A stretch of DNA of 32,000 nt from Paracoccus suum (GTDB lineage: Bacteria > Pseudomonadota > Alphaproteobacteria > Rhodobacterales > Rhodobacteraceae), in the NCBI RefSeq assembly GCF_003324675.1, contig NZ_CP030918.1, positions 2,220,001-2,252,000 on the forward strand, given 5' to 3'. The position numbers and the translations under genes were made by a program. Positions 7,960 through 18,715 of the stretch are shown here, piece after piece; position 1 is the stretch's first letter, and each line of letters begins with the position of its first letter. Below the pieces are notes generated by a model, which was given only the letters and a program-made list of their open reading frames with translations, was not told where the DNA came from and did not search any database.

Positions 7960-9044
7960 TGCGCGACGAGGCACTGGATTTCGGGGACGTCGGCAGGCTG
8001 ATGCCAATGCACCTGCTGATCGACGAGGACGGCTGCATCGTCTCCAGTGGGCCGACCATTCGTAAACTGACCAAGGGCGCCGCCAACCTGACCGACAGCT
8101 TCGTAGTTGAGCGCCCGCACCCCGGGGACGGACCGGCCGCGGCTGCGCTGGCCGAGGCTGCGCGCAACGGCGCGCGCGTCTTTCTGCGCCAGATACAGAC
8201 GCCGTTCACCGTTTTGCGCGGCCACGCCGTGCCGGTTGGCAGGGGACGGCTGCTGGTAAACCTCGGCTTTGGGATCAACCTGCCGCAATCGGTCCGCCAG
8301 TTTGACCTCACAGACGCCGACTTTGCCCCCAGCGACCTGGCGATGGAGCTGTTGTTTCTGCACGAGGCCAATGCCGCCGCGACGGGCGCACTGTCGCATT
8401 TCAACGCTCGCCTGGACGAGGCTCGCCGCACCGCAGAGGCGGATTCCACCACCGACGCGCTGACAGGGCTCTGCAACCGGCGCGGCCTCGATGCCGCCTT
8501 GCTTGGGCTGACACGGACGGCCGACGGGACGGCCACGCGGCGCCAGGGCGATCCTGCCGGTCATGCGGTCATGCACATCGACCTCGACGGTTTCAAGGCG
8601 ATCAACGACGCCCATGGCCATGCGACGGGCGATCTTTTGCTGCGGCACGTCGCGGCAGTGCTTGTCGAACAGACCCGCAGCAGCGATGTCATCGCGCGTC
8701 CTGGCGGAGACGAATTCGTGGTGGTGCTGCCGGGCACGACCTCTATCGCCTCGCTGGATTCTCTGGCGGAACGGATCATCACCCGGATCGAAAAACCGGT
8801 CGCCTTGGGCGCGGTCGCGGTTTCCGTCTCGGCCAGCATCGGCATCGCGCTCAGCTGCGACTATCCCGGGGTCGGGCACGAGACGCTGGCGCGCGAGGCG
8901 GACGCTGCCCTCTACGCCGCCAAGCGCGCCGGACGCGGCCGGGTCTGCCGCTGCACCGGCTTTGGCGCGGCGACGGTCTTTAAGGGCCCGTGGCGCGAGC
9001 GGCCGGTGCTTGCGCTGGCGCATGACAGCCGGGGTGGCGCTTGA
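7959..9044 (+). CDS. Diguanylate cyclase with HNOBA-like N-terminal domain (H-NOX partner)
   Basis: The N-terminus (MPMHLLIDEDGCIVSSGPTIRKL...) is followed by a coiled linker and GGDEF (DALTGLCNRRGLD...HIDLDGFKAINDAHGHATGD...RSSDVIARPGGDEFVVVLPG). An RxxD I-site is present, and the gene is translationally coupled to the H-NOX gene. Confidence 0.85.
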   Translation: MRDEALDFGDVGRLMPMHLLIDEDGCIVSSGPTIRKLTKGAANLTDSFVVERPHPGDGPAAAALAEAARNGARVFLRQIQTPFTVLRGHAVPVGRGRLLVNLGFGINLPQSVRQFDLTDADFAPSDLAMELLFLHEANAAATGALSHFNARLDEARRTAEADSTTDALTGLCNRRGLDAALLGLTRTADGTATRRQGDPAGHAVMHIDLDGFKAINDAHGHATGDLLLRHVAAVLVEQTRSSDVIARPGGDEFVVVLPGTTSIASLDSLAERIITRIEKPVALGAVAVSVSASIGIALSCDYPGVGHETLAREADAALYAAKRAGRGRVCRCTGFGAATVFKGPWRERPVLALAHDSRGGA

Positions 9045-9098
9045 GTGGGGTCTGGCTTGCCCCACAATCTACCGCAGTCTTGCCTGAAGGCCTGCGGC

Positions 9099-9752
9099 AT
9101 GAGACAGCGCCCCATGCGATCTGGTTTTCCTCTGGCATTCGCGGGGCAGTCCATCGGTTTGCTTGGCGGGTCTTTCGACCCGCCGCACGAAGGCCACGTC
9201 GCGATTACCCGTGCTGCGTTGCGCGGCTTTGGGTTGGACCGAGTGTGGTGGCTGGTCTCGCCCGGCAATCCGCTGAAGGCACACGGACCGATGCCGCTGG
9301 AGCATCGCATCACTGCGGCGCGCAAACTGCTGCGCGACCCCCGGGTTGTCGTCACCGCCATCGAGGCGCGGCTCGGCACGCGCATGACGGCCGACACCAT
9401 CGCGGCGTTGCAGAAGCATTACCCGGGGGTCCGGTTCGTCTGGCTGATGGGCAGCGACAATCTGATGCAGTTCGACCGCTGGGACCGCTGGCGCGAGATC
9501 GCGGAGCGCGTTCCGATCGGTGTCCTGTCGCGCCCTGGCAGCCAACTGGCCGCACGGAGGGCGCGGGCGGCGCAGATCCTGGCGCCGTGGCGCATCCCCG
9601 CTCGGCAGGCCGGCAAACTGGCGCAGATGAGGCCCCCTGCCTGGGCGATACTGGATTTGCCGCGCAACCCTGCCTCCTCAACCGCGCTTCGGGCAGCCGC
9701 CCACGGAGTGCCCCCGCTGAGGAGCGGGATCGGCAGAGGCGTTAGCGCTTAA
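9099..9752 (+). CDS. nadD: Nicotinate-nucleotide adenylyltransferase
   Basis: [42 protein letters not shown]...[15 protein letters not shown]...SSTALR are NadD motifs. Start re-picked at ATG 9099; a GTG at 9045 is also possible. Confidence 0.85.
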   Translation: MRQRPMRSGFPLAFAGQSIGLLGGSFDPPHEGHVAITRAALRGFGLDRVWWLVSPGNPLKAHGPMPLEHRITAARKLLRDPRVVVTAIEARLGTRMTADTIAALQKHYPGVRFVWLMGSDNLMQFDRWDRWREIAERVPIGVLSRPGSQLAARRARAAQILAPWRIPARQAGKLAQMRPPAWAILDLPRNPASSTALRAAAHGVPPLRSGIGRGVSA

Positions 9753-10171
9753 AGTGTGCGATGCCGCGCGCGGGCGCTCAATTCGATGGCGGCGGCGTGC
9801 AAGCGGTCGATCTCCAGCTCGCTGCGGATTTCAGCCAGCAGGGCGCCCTCGGTCTCGCCCATGCGGCCGTCGGCGGCAGCGACGTCACAGGCGAGGGCAT
9901 AGGCGGTGTCGTGCAGACGCTGGGGCAAAGCCTCGCGGATCAGGCCGAAAAAGGCGTCGAGGCCGTCCTCTTCCTCAAAGAGGCTCACGACCGTTTGCGA
10001 CACCGCCCGCACGCGGTCGGCGTCGTAGTCCGCGAACACCGGGGCGTGGTTCACCATACGCTCGATCGCGACCAGCTCGGACGTGCGCATGCGCGCGTCG
10101 GATGCCGATACCGCGACCATCACCGCAACGAGCGCGTCGCAGACCGACAGCGAGGGCAACTCAAGGGACAT
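9749..10171 (-). CDS. TerB-like (tellurite-resistance TerB family) protein
   Basis: 140 aa, all-helical and acidic. It shows the TerB-type pattern ([28 protein letters not shown]...[29 protein letters not shown]). The stop overlaps the nadD stop (TTAA). Confidence 0.6.
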   Translation of the reverse strand: MSLELPSLSVCDALVAVMVAVSASDARMRTSELVAIERMVNHAPVFADYDADRVRAVSQTVVSLFEEEDGLDAFFGLIREALPQRLHDTAYALACDVAAADGRMGETEGALLAEIRSELEIDRLHAAAIELSARARHRTL

Positions 10172-10287
10172 CGATCTCTCCGGCGGGGATGCAACGGCGC
10201 GTGGACCGGCAGATTATTGACGCGCGGCGGGGCTTTCAATATGGCCGGTGTCTGCCCGCACACCGCCGATATTCCCGGAGATCCGCC

Positions 10288-11886
10288 ATGACCCCCTTGC
10301 GCGACGCCGCCATGACCTCAAAGGCCTGGCCGTTCGAGGAGGCGCGCCGGGTGCTGAAACGTTATGAAAAACGCGATCCCGAAAAGGGTTACGTGCTGTT
10401 CGAAACCGGCTACGGCCCCTCGGGGCTGCCGCATATCGGCACCTTTGGCGAGGTCGCGCGTACGACGATGATCCGGCGCGCGTTCGAGATCATCAGCGAC
10501 ATTCCGACGCGGTTGTTCTGCTTTTCCGACGATCTCGACGGAATGCGCAAGGTGCCCGAAAATGTGCCGCAGCAGGAAATGCTGCGCGAGCATCTGCAAT
10601 TGCCGCTGACCTCGGTCCCCGATCCGTTCGGCGAGCTCGACAGCTTTGGTGGCCATAACAATGCCATGCTGCGCCGCTTTCTGGACACTTTCGGATTTGA
10701 GTACGAATTCATCAGCGCGACCGAATTCTATAAATCGGGCCAATTCGACGCGACGCTGCTGAAAGTGGCCGAGAAATATGACGCCATCATGGAAATCATG
10801 CTGGCCAGTCTGCGCGAGGAGCGTCAGCAGACCTATTCCTGCTTCTTGCCGATCAGCCCGCGCACCGGCCGCGTCCTGTACGTGCCGATCAAGCATGTCG
10901 ACCCCAAGGCCGGCACGGTGACGTTTTACGAAGAGGGGGTGGAGACCACGCTGCCGGTGACAGGCGGCAATGTGAAACTGCAGTGGAAACCTGACTTTGG
11001 CGCCCGCTGGGCCGCGCTCGATGTCGATTTCGAGATGTATGGCAAGGATCACAGCACCAACACGCCGATCTACGACGGTATCTGCAAAACCCTCGGCGGC
11101 CGCGCGCCGGAGCATTTCAATTACGAATTGTTCCTGGACCAGCACGGCCAGAAGATCAGCAAGTCGAAAGGCAATGGCCTATCGATCGACGAATGGCTGA
11201 CCTATGCCGCGACCGAGAGCCTGTCGTATTTCATGTACCAAAAGCCCAAAACGGCGAAGCGCATGTATTTCGACGTCATTCCCAAGGCCGTCGACGAATA
11301 TCATCAGCAATTGCGGGCCTATCCCGACCAGACACCGGAACAGCAGGCGGCCAATCCTGTATTCCATATCCATGGCGGGCAGGTGCCGCCCTCGGACATG
11401 GTGGTGCCGTTTTCGATGCTGCTGAACTTGGCGTCGGTTGCCGGCGCCAAGGACAAGGCGGGCCTCTGGGGCTTCATCCAGCGCTATGCGCCCGAGGCGA
11501 GCCCGCAGACCCACCCGGGCCTCGATGCTGCCGCGGGTCATGCACTGCGCTATTTCAACGACTTCGTCGCGCCGACCCGCAGCTACCGCGCCCCGACCGA
11601 GGCGGAGCGCGCGGCACTGACCGACCTCGCGGCGCGGCTGGGCGAATGGACCGAGCCGGCAGATCCGGAAAAGCTGCAGGAAATGGTCTACGCCGTCGGC
11701 CGCGACCACGCCTTCGATTCGATGAAGGACTGGTTCTCGGCCCTGTACCAGGTCCTGCTTGGGGCCGAACAGGGCCCGCGCTTTGGCGGCTTTATCGCGC
11801 TTTATGGCCTGGCGGAAACCAAGGCACTGATCGAGCGCGCCCTGGCCGGAGAGTTGACGACAGCGGCTCCGCAGCCCGCCGCCTAA
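10288..11886 (+). CDS. lysK: Lysine--tRNA ligase, class I
   Basis: [15 protein letters not shown]...[26 protein letters not shown]...[12 protein letters not shown]...[16 protein letters not shown]. The HIGH-like and KxSKS motifs are typical of class I LysRS. Start re-picked at ATG 10288 (ATG 10312 also possible); the 178-codon upstream extension in the track is Arg/Pro-rich junk. Confidence 0.9.
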   Translation: MTPLRDAAMTSKAWPFEEARRVLKRYEKRDPEKGYVLFETGYGPSGLPHIGTFGEVARTTMIRRAFEIISDIPTRLFCFSDDLDGMRKVPENVPQQEMLREHLQLPLTSVPDPFGELDSFGGHNNAMLRRFLDTFGFEYEFISATEFYKSGQFDATLLKVAEKYDAIMEIMLASLREERQQTYSCFLPISPRTGRVLYVPIKHVDPKAGTVTFYEEGVETTLPVTGGNVKLQWKPDFGARWAALDVDFEMYGKDHSTNTPIYDGICKTLGGRAPEHFNYELFLDQHGQKISKSKGNGLSIDEWLTYAATESLSYFMYQKPKTAKRMYFDVIPKAVDEYHQQLRAYPDQTPEQQAANPVFHIHGGQVPPSDMVVPFSMLLNLASVAGAKDKAGLWGFIQRYAPEASPQTHPGLDAAAGHALRYFNDFVAPTRSYRAPTEAERAALTDLAARLGEWTEPADPEKLQEMVYAVGRDHAFDSMKDWFSALYQVLLGAEQGPRFGGFIALYGLAETKALIERALAGELTTAAPQPAA

Positions 11887-11994
11887 GGCTGCGCATGCGA
11901 GGCCCGTCGCAAATTGCCCTGTAGGGCGCGGCACCCCACCCGCGCCCGATGTTGCGCGTTTGGCCGTTGCAGCGCCCTCCTCGGTCAGGCCGCA

Positions 11995-12002
11995 TTAACC
12001 AT
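11995..12002 (+). promoter_or_regulatory. Exact CtrA half-site motif TTAACCAT upstream of the beta-helix gene
   Basis: ttaaccat lies 67 nt upstream of ATG 12069. TTAA is rare in this high-GC window. An 8-mer match alone is weak evidence. Confidence 0.3.
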
Positions 12003-12068
12003 TCGCTGACACTGTGCCCGCAATACGGGGTGACAGCGGCCCCGGCCGGTCAGCAAGGGGAACTGCAC

Positions 12069-14363
12069 ATGAACATCGCCATCACGGACGGCATCCAGCT
12101 CAGCCCGCCGGGCTTTGCCGCGGGTCTGTCGGTCTGGTCGCGTGAGGATGGCACCGCCGGCAGCGCCACCTGGGCAAACGCGACCAACGCCGCCGTGGTG
12201 CCGGCGGACCAGGATTTCGGAACCTGCCTCGAGATATTCAAGCAGGACGACCTCACCAAGCTGCGGTTCATGGCGGAAACGCCGATCCTGCCGGGCACCT
12301 ATCTGCGCATCAGCGCGCGAGTGAAGGCGGTGGCTGGCATGCTGCCCTCAGTGCGCATCGCCGCCTTTGCCGGCAACGGCGCGCGCCAGCGTGTTACCAA
12401 CCTCGTCGATACCGGCCCGGCCGCCGCGCTGTCCGGCTATGGCCGCATTGTCGAGGTCAGCGCCATTGTCGGCACCGGCCGGCGCACCGGCGTCAACATG
12501 GCCTGGGGTTCGGCCCCGATCTACGGCCACTTTGGCCTCGATCTGTTTGGCGCCAACGGCGGCTCAGTCCGGATCGAGTCGATCAGGATCGAGGATGTCA
12601 CCTCGGCCTTTCTGCGCACGATGATGGACTGGGTCGACGTGCGCGATTTTGGTGCGGTCGGTGACGGCGTGACCGACGACCGCGCGGCCTTTGCTGCCGC
12701 CGACGCCGCCGCACGCGGGCGGCAACTGGTCGTCCCGGCCGGCACCTTTCGCATCGGCAGCGATCTGACGATCAATGCCCCCATCCGATTTCAGGGCAAG
12801 CTGGTGATGCCGCGCACCGCGCGCCTCGCCCTCGTCGCCAGCTTCAACTTTCCGACCTACGCCGAGGCATTCGGCGAGGAGACCGAGGGGTTCAAGCGCG
12901 CCTTGCAGGCGCTGCTGGGTTATACCGACCACGGCACGCTCGATTTGTGCGGCCGCCGGGTTGACCTTACCGGCCCGATCGACCTCGCTGACGCGGTTCC
13001 GGGTGTGACCAATTTTTCCAACCGGCGCGTCATCAGCAACGGCCAGCTTTGCGCCGTGCCCGGCGCTGCCTGGAACACTGGTAGCGTGAGCTCGGTCGCG
13101 ACATACAACGTCGGCCAGTCCACGCTGCTGACCGGTGTTGCCAATGTCGCGAACATCGAGGTCGGCAGCCTCGTCACTGGCGCCGGCGTCGGACGCGAAG
13201 TCTATGTGAAAGAGCGCAATATCGGCGCCGGCACCCTGACCCTCAGCCAGCCGCTGTTTGGCGGGTCCGGCACGCGCACCTATGCTTTCAAGCGTTTCCG
13301 CTATATCTTCGACATGTCCGGCATGGCCAAGGTCGACCGCCTGAACTTTGCCGACATCGAGTTCCTGTGCGACGGCGTTGCGAGCGCGGTCATGCTGCCG
13401 CCCGCCGGCGAGATGATCCATTTCCGCGACTGCTACGTCGTGCGGTGTCGCGACCGGGGGATCACCTCGATCGGGCGCGGCTGCCAGGACATGCTCGTCG
13501 ACCGCTGCCAGTTCCTGTCAAACGAGATGGACGAGCTTTGGCAGAACCGCACCAACGTCTGCATCAACGTCAACGCCAACGACACCAAGATCTGCGAGAA
13601 CCGCTTTGTGCGCTTTCGCCACTTCATGGTCGCCTCGGGCACGGGCCACCTGATCAGTGGCAACCACTGGTTCCAGGGCGATGCGGCCGATCCGGGCGTG
13701 CGCGGCGGCGGCCTCGTGATCGCCAACACCACCGTCCAGATAACGGTGACTGCCAATTACATCGACAACAGCAGTATCGAATGGACCAACGAATACGCGC
13801 CGCAGCCGACGTTCAACGGTGCGCAATGGTCGTTCGGCGGGCTCGTAGTTACGGGCAACACGTTCCTCTGCTCGCACACGGTGAATTATTTTTCGTTCAT
13901 CGTGGTCAAACCCTATGGTCCCGGGCACTTCATTCAGGGACTTACGGTGACGAGCAACGTGTTCCTGGCGACAGATCGCAACATCACCCGGGTAGACCGC
14001 GTGGATACGACCTACGCGGCGCTCGACAACGGCTGGATGCGCAACATCACCTTCGACGGTAACACCTATAACGGCGTCGACGTGTGGACCAGCAACCCGC
14101 TGCTGGTCGAACATAGCCAGGCCACCGCCTCGACCGGCTGGACCGTTCCGACCGCCGACCGCCTGCCATTCAACGGCTGGGCCAAGCAGGCGGATTCGAT
14201 CATTGCCACCACGGCGATTACCGACAGCGGCAATGCCAGGCTGAATGACATGCCCTATTTGCAGGTCCGACAGGCGAGCGATCAGAAATCGCTGAAGGTC
14301 AATTGGTCGAAGGCGGCCAAGGGCAGCATCTCGGTTAGGGTGCGGATGGACAACAAGAATTGA
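12069..14363 (+). CDS. Right-handed beta-helix (pectate-lyase-superfamily / tailspike-like) protein with N-terminal jelly-roll-like domain
   Basis: Start re-picked at ATG 12069 (SD AAGGGGA). WVDVRDFGAVGDGVTDDRAAFAAADAAARGRQLVVPAGTFRIGSDL is the Pectate_lyase_3 N-cap signature. It is followed by repeated short hydrophobic beta-helix rungs (NxxIxxNxF). No signal peptide is visible. Confidence 0.8.
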   Translation: MNIAITDGIQLSPPGFAAGLSVWSREDGTAGSATWANATNAAVVPADQDFGTCLEIFKQDDLTKLRFMAETPILPGTYLRISARVKAVAGMLPSVRIAAFAGNGARQRVTNLVDTGPAAALSGYGRIVEVSAIVGTGRRTGVNMAWGSAPIYGHFGLDLFGANGGSVRIESIRIEDVTSAFLRTMMDWVDVRDFGAVGDGVTDDRAAFAAADAAARGRQLVVPAGTFRIGSDLTINAPIRFQGKLVMPRTARLALVASFNFPTYAEAFGEETEGFKRALQALLGYTDHGTLDLCGRRVDLTGPIDLADAVPGVTNFSNRRVISNGQLCAVPGAAWNTGSVSSVATYNVGQSTLLTGVANVANIEVGSLVTGAGVGREVYVKERNIGAGTLTLSQPLFGGSGTRTYAFKRFRYIFDMSGMAKVDRLNFADIEFLCDGVASAVMLPPAGEMIHFRDCYVVRCRDRGITSIGRGCQDMLVDRCQFLSNEMDELWQNRTNVCINVNANDTKICENRFVRFRHFMVASGTGHLISGNHWFQGDAADPGVRGGGLVIANTTVQITVTANYIDNSSIEWTNEYAPQPTFNGAQWSFGGLVVTGNTFLCSHTVNYFSFIVVKPYGPGHFIQGLTVTSNVFLATDRNITRVDRVDTTYAALDNGWMRNITFDGNTYNGVDVWTSNPLLVEHSQATASTGWTVPTADRLPFNGWAKQADSIIATTAITDSGNARLNDMPYLQVRQASDQKSLKVNWSKAAKGSISVRVRMDNKN

Positions 14364-14384
14364 CCGCAGACGTGGACTGATCCT

Positions 14385-14417
14385 GCCTCCGGGCCGCCCG
14401 CCGGCCCGGAGGCTTTT
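14385..14417 (+). terminator. Rho-independent terminator of the beta-helix gene
   Basis: Perfect 11-bp GC-rich stem gcctccgggcc / ggcccggaggc (14385-14395 / 14403-14413), followed by tttt. Confidence 0.8.
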
Positions 14418-14581
14418 GCATGTCAGGCCCGGAGCGCGCCCGCGATCAGATATTTACTTGCTTTTGCGCCTCGCCTTTAGTGGACCCAATCCGCCTCGCG
14501 ACGCTGGTTGTCGGTCTTGGCGGAATGCGGGACTGCCCCGGAACCGAAGCGGCAGTCGCCGGTGGTCATGAGGGGGGCAGG

Positions 14582-16537
14582 ATGTCGGTTCAGGATGTGC
14601 AGAAGGTCAAGATCCCGGCGGGCGCCGAGGCTAGCAGCATCGATCCCGCAGGATACCAGCGGCTCTATTCGGACTCGATCACCGATCCGGATGCGTTCTG
14701 GGGACGCGAGGGTCAGCGCCTCGACTGGATCGAGCCCTACACCCGCGTGAAGGATACCGACTTCACTCTGGGCCAGGTCTCGATCAAATGGTTCGAGGAC
14801 GGCGTTCTGAACGCCTGCGTCAATTGCGTCGACCGACACCTTCCCACTCGCGCCGATCAGACCGCCATCATCTGGGAACCGGATGATCCCTCCGAGCCCG
14901 CGCGCCACATCACCTATGCCGAACTCTCGGATCAGGTGAACCGCATGGCCAACGTCCTGCTGAGCCAGGGCGTGATGCGCGGCGACCGGGTGGTGATCTA
15001 CCTTCCGATGATCCCCGAAGCCGCCTTTGCCATGCTCGCCTGCGCGCGGATCGGGGCGATCCATTCGGTGGTCTTTGCGGGCTTCTCGCCCGATGCCCTG
15101 TCGAACCGGATCAACGATTGCGAGGCAAAGCTGGTCATCACGGCCGACACTGCGCCGCGCGGCGGCCGCCGGACGGCGTTGAAAGCGAACACCGATGCCG
15201 CGCTGCTGCATTGCAGTGACCGCGTGCGCTGTCTCGTCATAAAGCACACTGGCGATCAGACCACTTGGATCGACGGGCGCGATGTCGACGTGCTGGCCCT
15301 GATGCGCGAGGTCAGCCCCGACTGCCCGCCGCGGCCGATGCATGCCGAAGACCCGCTGTTCATCCTTTATACCTCTGGCTCGACCGGGCGGCCCAAAGGG
15401 GTGGTGCATTCCACGGGCGGCTACCTGGTCCACGTCGCGATGACCTTCGATACCACCTTCGACTGGCGCGATGGCGAGGTGTTCTGGTGCAGCGCCGATG
15501 TCGGCTGGGTCACCGGGCACAGCTATATCGTCTATGGCCCGCTGGCGAACGGCGGCACGTCGCTGATGTTCGAGGGGGTCCCGACCTGGCCCGACGCGGG
15601 CCGATTCTGGGCTGTCTGCGACAAGCACAAGGTCACGCATTTCTATACCGCGCCAACCGCCATCCGGGCGCTGATGGGACAGGGGCCGGAGTGGGTCGAG
15701 AAATACGATCTGTCCAGCCTGCGCATCCTTGGCACCGTCGGCGAGCCGATCAACCCCGAGGCTTGGCACTGGTATGACACCCATGTCGGCAAAGGCCGCT
15801 GTCCGATCGTTGACACTTGGTGGCAGACCGAGACGGGCGGGCACATGCTGACCTCGCTGCCCTATGCCATCGAGGCCAAGCCCGGAAGCGCGACCCTGCC
15901 TGTGTTCGGGGTGCGGCCGGTGGTCCTGGATGCCGCGACCGGCGAGGTAATCGAGGGCAACGGCGTCGAGGGCGTCCTGGCCATCTCTGACAGCTGGCCC
16001 GGCCAGATGCGGACCCTGTGGGGCGATCACCAACGCTTTGAGGAGGCGTATTTCCAGCAGTATCCCGGCACCTATTTCACCGGCGACGGCTGCCGGCGTG
16101 ACGAGGACGGCTATTACTGGATCACGGGCCGCGTCGACGACGTCATCAATGTCAGCGGTCACCGCATGGGCACCGCCGAGATCGAAAGCGCGCTGGTCGC
16201 CCATGCCAAGGTCGCCGAGGCGGCGGTCGTCGGCTATCCGCATGATCTGAAGGGGCAGGGCATCTATGCCTATGTCACGCTGATGAACGACGTACCCGCC
16301 ACGGACGAGTTGCGCGCCGAGTTGGAGGGCTGGGTCCGGGCCGAGATCGGGCCAATCGCCCGGCCCGACCTGATCCAGTGGGCGCCCGGCCTGCCCAAGA
16401 CCCGCAGCGGCAAGATCATGCGCCGGATCCTGCGCAAGATCGCTGAAAACGACTTCGGGGCGCTGGGCGACATCTCGACGCTGGCCGATCCTGCCGTGGT
16501 CGAGGAACTGATCGAGAACCGCATGAATCGCGGCTGA
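14582..16537 (+). CDS. acs: Acetyl-CoA synthetase
   Basis: 651 aa from ATG 14582. [49 protein letters not shown], and a C-terminal [17 protein letters not shown] with the acetylatable Lys motif. Confidence 0.95.
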   Translation: MSVQDVQKVKIPAGAEASSIDPAGYQRLYSDSITDPDAFWGREGQRLDWIEPYTRVKDTDFTLGQVSIKWFEDGVLNACVNCVDRHLPTRADQTAIIWEPDDPSEPARHITYAELSDQVNRMANVLLSQGVMRGDRVVIYLPMIPEAAFAMLACARIGAIHSVVFAGFSPDALSNRINDCEAKLVITADTAPRGGRRTALKANTDAALLHCSDRVRCLVIKHTGDQTTWIDGRDVDVLALMREVSPDCPPRPMHAEDPLFILYTSGSTGRPKGVVHSTGGYLVHVAMTFDTTFDWRDGEVFWCSADVGWVTGHSYIVYGPLANGGTSLMFEGVPTWPDAGRFWAVCDKHKVTHFYTAPTAIRALMGQGPEWVEKYDLSSLRILGTVGEPINPEAWHWYDTHVGKGRCPIVDTWWQTETGGHMLTSLPYAIEAKPGSATLPVFGVRPVVLDAATGEVIEGNGVEGVLAISDSWPGQMRTLWGDHQRFEEAYFQQYPGTYFTGDGCRRDEDGYYWITGRVDDVINVSGHRMGTAEIESALVAHAKVAEAAVVGYPHDLKGQGIYAYVTLMNDVPATDELRAELEGWVRAEIGPIARPDLIQWAPGLPKTRSGKIMRRILRKIAENDFGALGDISTLADPAVVEELIENRMNRG

Positions 16538-16638
16538 GACGGAATTGCCGGCCGCCGGGGGGCGGTCCGGCCAACGCAGGGCCGACCCGGGGCGACAAGC
16601 GAACCACCGGGCGGCCCGCAGAGGGGGAGGAGAGACCC

Positions 16639-16947
16639 ATGGACGAGGCGGTGCTTCAACGCATCGTGTCAGACCCGAACTATCAGGCGCTGCGCACGCA
16701 ACGGCTGAGGTTCGGGTGGACACTCACGATCATCATGATGATCGTCTATTACGGCTTCATCCTGATGATCGCGTTCGGGAAATCCTTCCTGGCAAGGCCG
16801 ATCGGCAACGGCGTCACGACGCTCGGCATTCCGCTGGGATTCGGCGTCATCATCGTGACCGTCATCCTGACCGCCATCTATGTGCGCCGCGCCAATACCG
16901 AGTTCGACGCGCTGGCCGAGCAAGTCCGCCGCGAGGCGCTGCAATGA
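16639..16947 (+). CDS. yjcH: DUF485 inner-membrane protein (YjcH-like)
   Basis: 102 aa with two TM helices. It sits between acs and actP as in the enterobacterial acs-yjcH-actP operon. The stop overlaps the actP ATG (ATGA at 16944-16947). Confidence 0.85.
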   Translation: MDEAVLQRIVSDPNYQALRTQRLRFGWTLTIIMMIVYYGFILMIAFGKSFLARPIGNGVTTLGIPLGFGVIIVTVILTAIYVRRANTEFDALAEQVRREALQ

Positions 16948-18668
16948 GGTCGGGGCTCTCTGCACCCGCCCTGGTGACGGCGGCGGCCCTGCTGGCCCTG
17001 CCGACCCTGTCCCTCGCCGCCGGCGCTCTCGAGGGCGAGGTGGTCAAGCAGGCGACCAACTGGACCGCCATCGTGATGTTCGGCGCCTTTGTCGTGATGA
17101 CCCTGGTCATCACGCGCTGGGCCGCGACGCGCACCCGCTCGGCTTCGGACTTCTACACCGCGGGCGGGGGGATCACGGGGTTCCAGAACGGCCTCGCGAT
17201 TGCCGGTGACTACATGTCCGCGGCCTCGTTCCTTGGGATCTCGGCTGCGGTCATGGCCAACGGCTTTGACGGGCTGATCTACTCGATCGGCTTTCTGGTC
17301 GGTTGGCCAATCCTGACCTTCCTGATGGCCGAACGGCTGCGCAACCTGGGCAAGTACACTTTTGCCGATGTCGCCGCCTTCCGCTTCGCGCAGACCCCGG
17401 TGCGCATCTTTGCCGCCTGCTCGACGCTGGTTGTGGTGGCTTTCTACCTGATCGCGCAGATGGTGGGCGCCGGTCAGCTGATCCAGTTGCTGTTCGGGCT
17501 GGAGTACTGGATGGCGGTCGTCATCGTCGGCGTGCTGATGATGGTCTATGTCCTTTTTGGCGGCATGACCGCGACCACCTGGGTGCAGATCATCAAGGCC
17601 TGCATGCTGCTGGGCGGCGCGACCTTCATGGCCTTCATGGTGATGGCCCGGTTTGGTTTCAGCCCCGAGCGCATGTTCGCCGAAGCGGTCCGCATCAAGA
17701 CCGACATCGCAAGCGCGGCCGGCCAGCCGCCGGCCGAGGCGGCTGCGACCGGACGCTCGGTCATGGCACCCGGCAACTTCATCCACGACCCGATCAGCGC
17801 CATCAGCTTTGGCATGGCGCTGATGTTTGGCACCGCCGGCCTGCCGCATATCCTGATGCGCTTTTTCACCGTTCCCAGCGCCCGCGAGGCGCGCAAGTCG
17901 GTGATGTGGTCTACCGTCTGGATCGGCTATTTCTATCTGCTGACCTTCATCATCGGCTTTGGCGCGGTCACCTTTGTCCTCAGCAATCCGGACTTTCTGG
18001 ACGCAAAGGGGGCGCTGCAGGGCGGCAACAACATGGCGGCGGTCCATCTGGCCCATGCGGTTGGCGGGAACGTCTTCCTGGGGTTCATCTCGGCCGTTGC
18101 CTTCGCCACCATCCTTGCGGTGGTGGCCGGCCTGACGCTGTCGGGCGCCTCGGCCGTGTCGCATGACCTCTATGCGACGGTGGTCAAGCGCGGCAATCCG
18201 GCACCGGGGTCAGAACTGCGCGTCTCGCGCGCGACGACCGTGGCGCTGGGGATCGTGGCGGTGATCCTGGGGATCGTGTTCGAAAAGCAGAACATCGCCT
18301 TCATGGTCTCGCTCGCCTTCGCGGTTGCGGCCTCGGCCAACTTCCCGGTGCTGCTGCTGTCTCTGCTTTGGAAGGGGATGACCACGCGCGGCGCGGTGAT
18401 CGGCGGCTTCCTCGGCCTGATCTCCTCGGTGATCCTGACCGTGCTCTCGCCCTCGGTCTGGGAGGCGACGCTGGGTCATGCCAAGGGCACGGCGCCATTC
18501 CCCTATACCTCGCCGGCGCTGTTCTCGATGACGCTGGCGTTCCTGGGGATCTGGCTGTTCTCGGTCACCGACCGCTCGCGGCGGGGCGACGTCGACCGGG
18601 CAGGCTACCTCGCGCAGCAGGCCCGCTCGGAAACCGGGATCGGCGCGACCGGCCCCTCGGGTCACTGA
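16944..18668 (+). CDS. actP: Cation/acetate symporter ActP (SSS family)
   Basis: Start re-picked at ATG 16944. [34 protein letters not shown] and [12 protein letters not shown] motifs, with a multi-TM profile. Confidence 0.9.
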   Translation: MRSGLSAPALVTAAALLALPTLSLAAGALEGEVVKQATNWTAIVMFGAFVVMTLVITRWAATRTRSASDFYTAGGGITGFQNGLAIAGDYMSAASFLGISAAVMANGFDGLIYSIGFLVGWPILTFLMAERLRNLGKYTFADVAAFRFAQTPVRIFAACSTLVVVAFYLIAQMVGAGQLIQLLFGLEYWMAVVIVGVLMMVYVLFGGMTATTWVQIIKACMLLGGATFMAFMVMARFGFSPERMFAEAVRIKTDIASAAGQPPAEAAATGRSVMAPGNFIHDPISAISFGMALMFGTAGLPHILMRFFTVPSAREARKSVMWSTVWIGYFYLLTFIIGFGAVTFVLSNPDFLDAKGALQGGNNMAAVHLAHAVGGNVFLGFISAVAFATILAVVAGLTLSGASAVSHDLYATVVKRGNPAPGSELRVSRATTVALGIVAVILGIVFEKQNIAFMVSLAFAVAASANFPVLLLSLLWKGMTTRGAVIGGFLGLISSVILTVLSPSVWEATLGHAKGTAPFPYTSPALFSMTLAFLGIWLFSVTDRSRRGDVDRAGYLAQQARSETGIGATGPSGH

Positions 18669-18688
18669 GCCGGCAGGCAGGAATTGAG

Positions 18689-18712
18689 AGGGCGCCCGCG
18701 GGCGCCCTTTTC
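18689..18712 (+). terminator. Rho-independent terminator after actP
   Basis: Stem agggcgcc / ggcgccct with tetraloop cgcg, followed by ttttc. It also lies just past the stop of the convergent proline-rich gene. Confidence 0.75.
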
Positions 18713-18715
18713 GAT

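Noticed and set aside
9754-10287. Long N-terminal extensions in the ORF track: lysK 9754-10287, beta-helix 11949-12068, acs 14420-14581, actP 16545-16943, capsid 27342-27752, protease 26980-27063, g7 29482-29673, g10.1 31107-31214
   Set aside because: The extensions are Arg/Pro/Gly-rich, overlap neighbouring genes or intergenic structures, and lack homology-like sequence. Downstream ATGs with good SD sequences coincide with the start of the conserved protein regions.
14477-16723. 748-aa ORF antisense to acs. Similar long antisense ORFs occur at 7866-9065, 16878-18164, 21729-23414, 24778-26460, 12564-13421, 10318-11145, 27222-27962, 29012-29776 and 30915-31697.
   Set aside because: All lie opposite genes with strong family signatures and have Arg/Pro/Gly/Asp-heavy compositions. 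They arise because stop codons are rare in about 66% GC DNA. There is no SD or start context worth noting.
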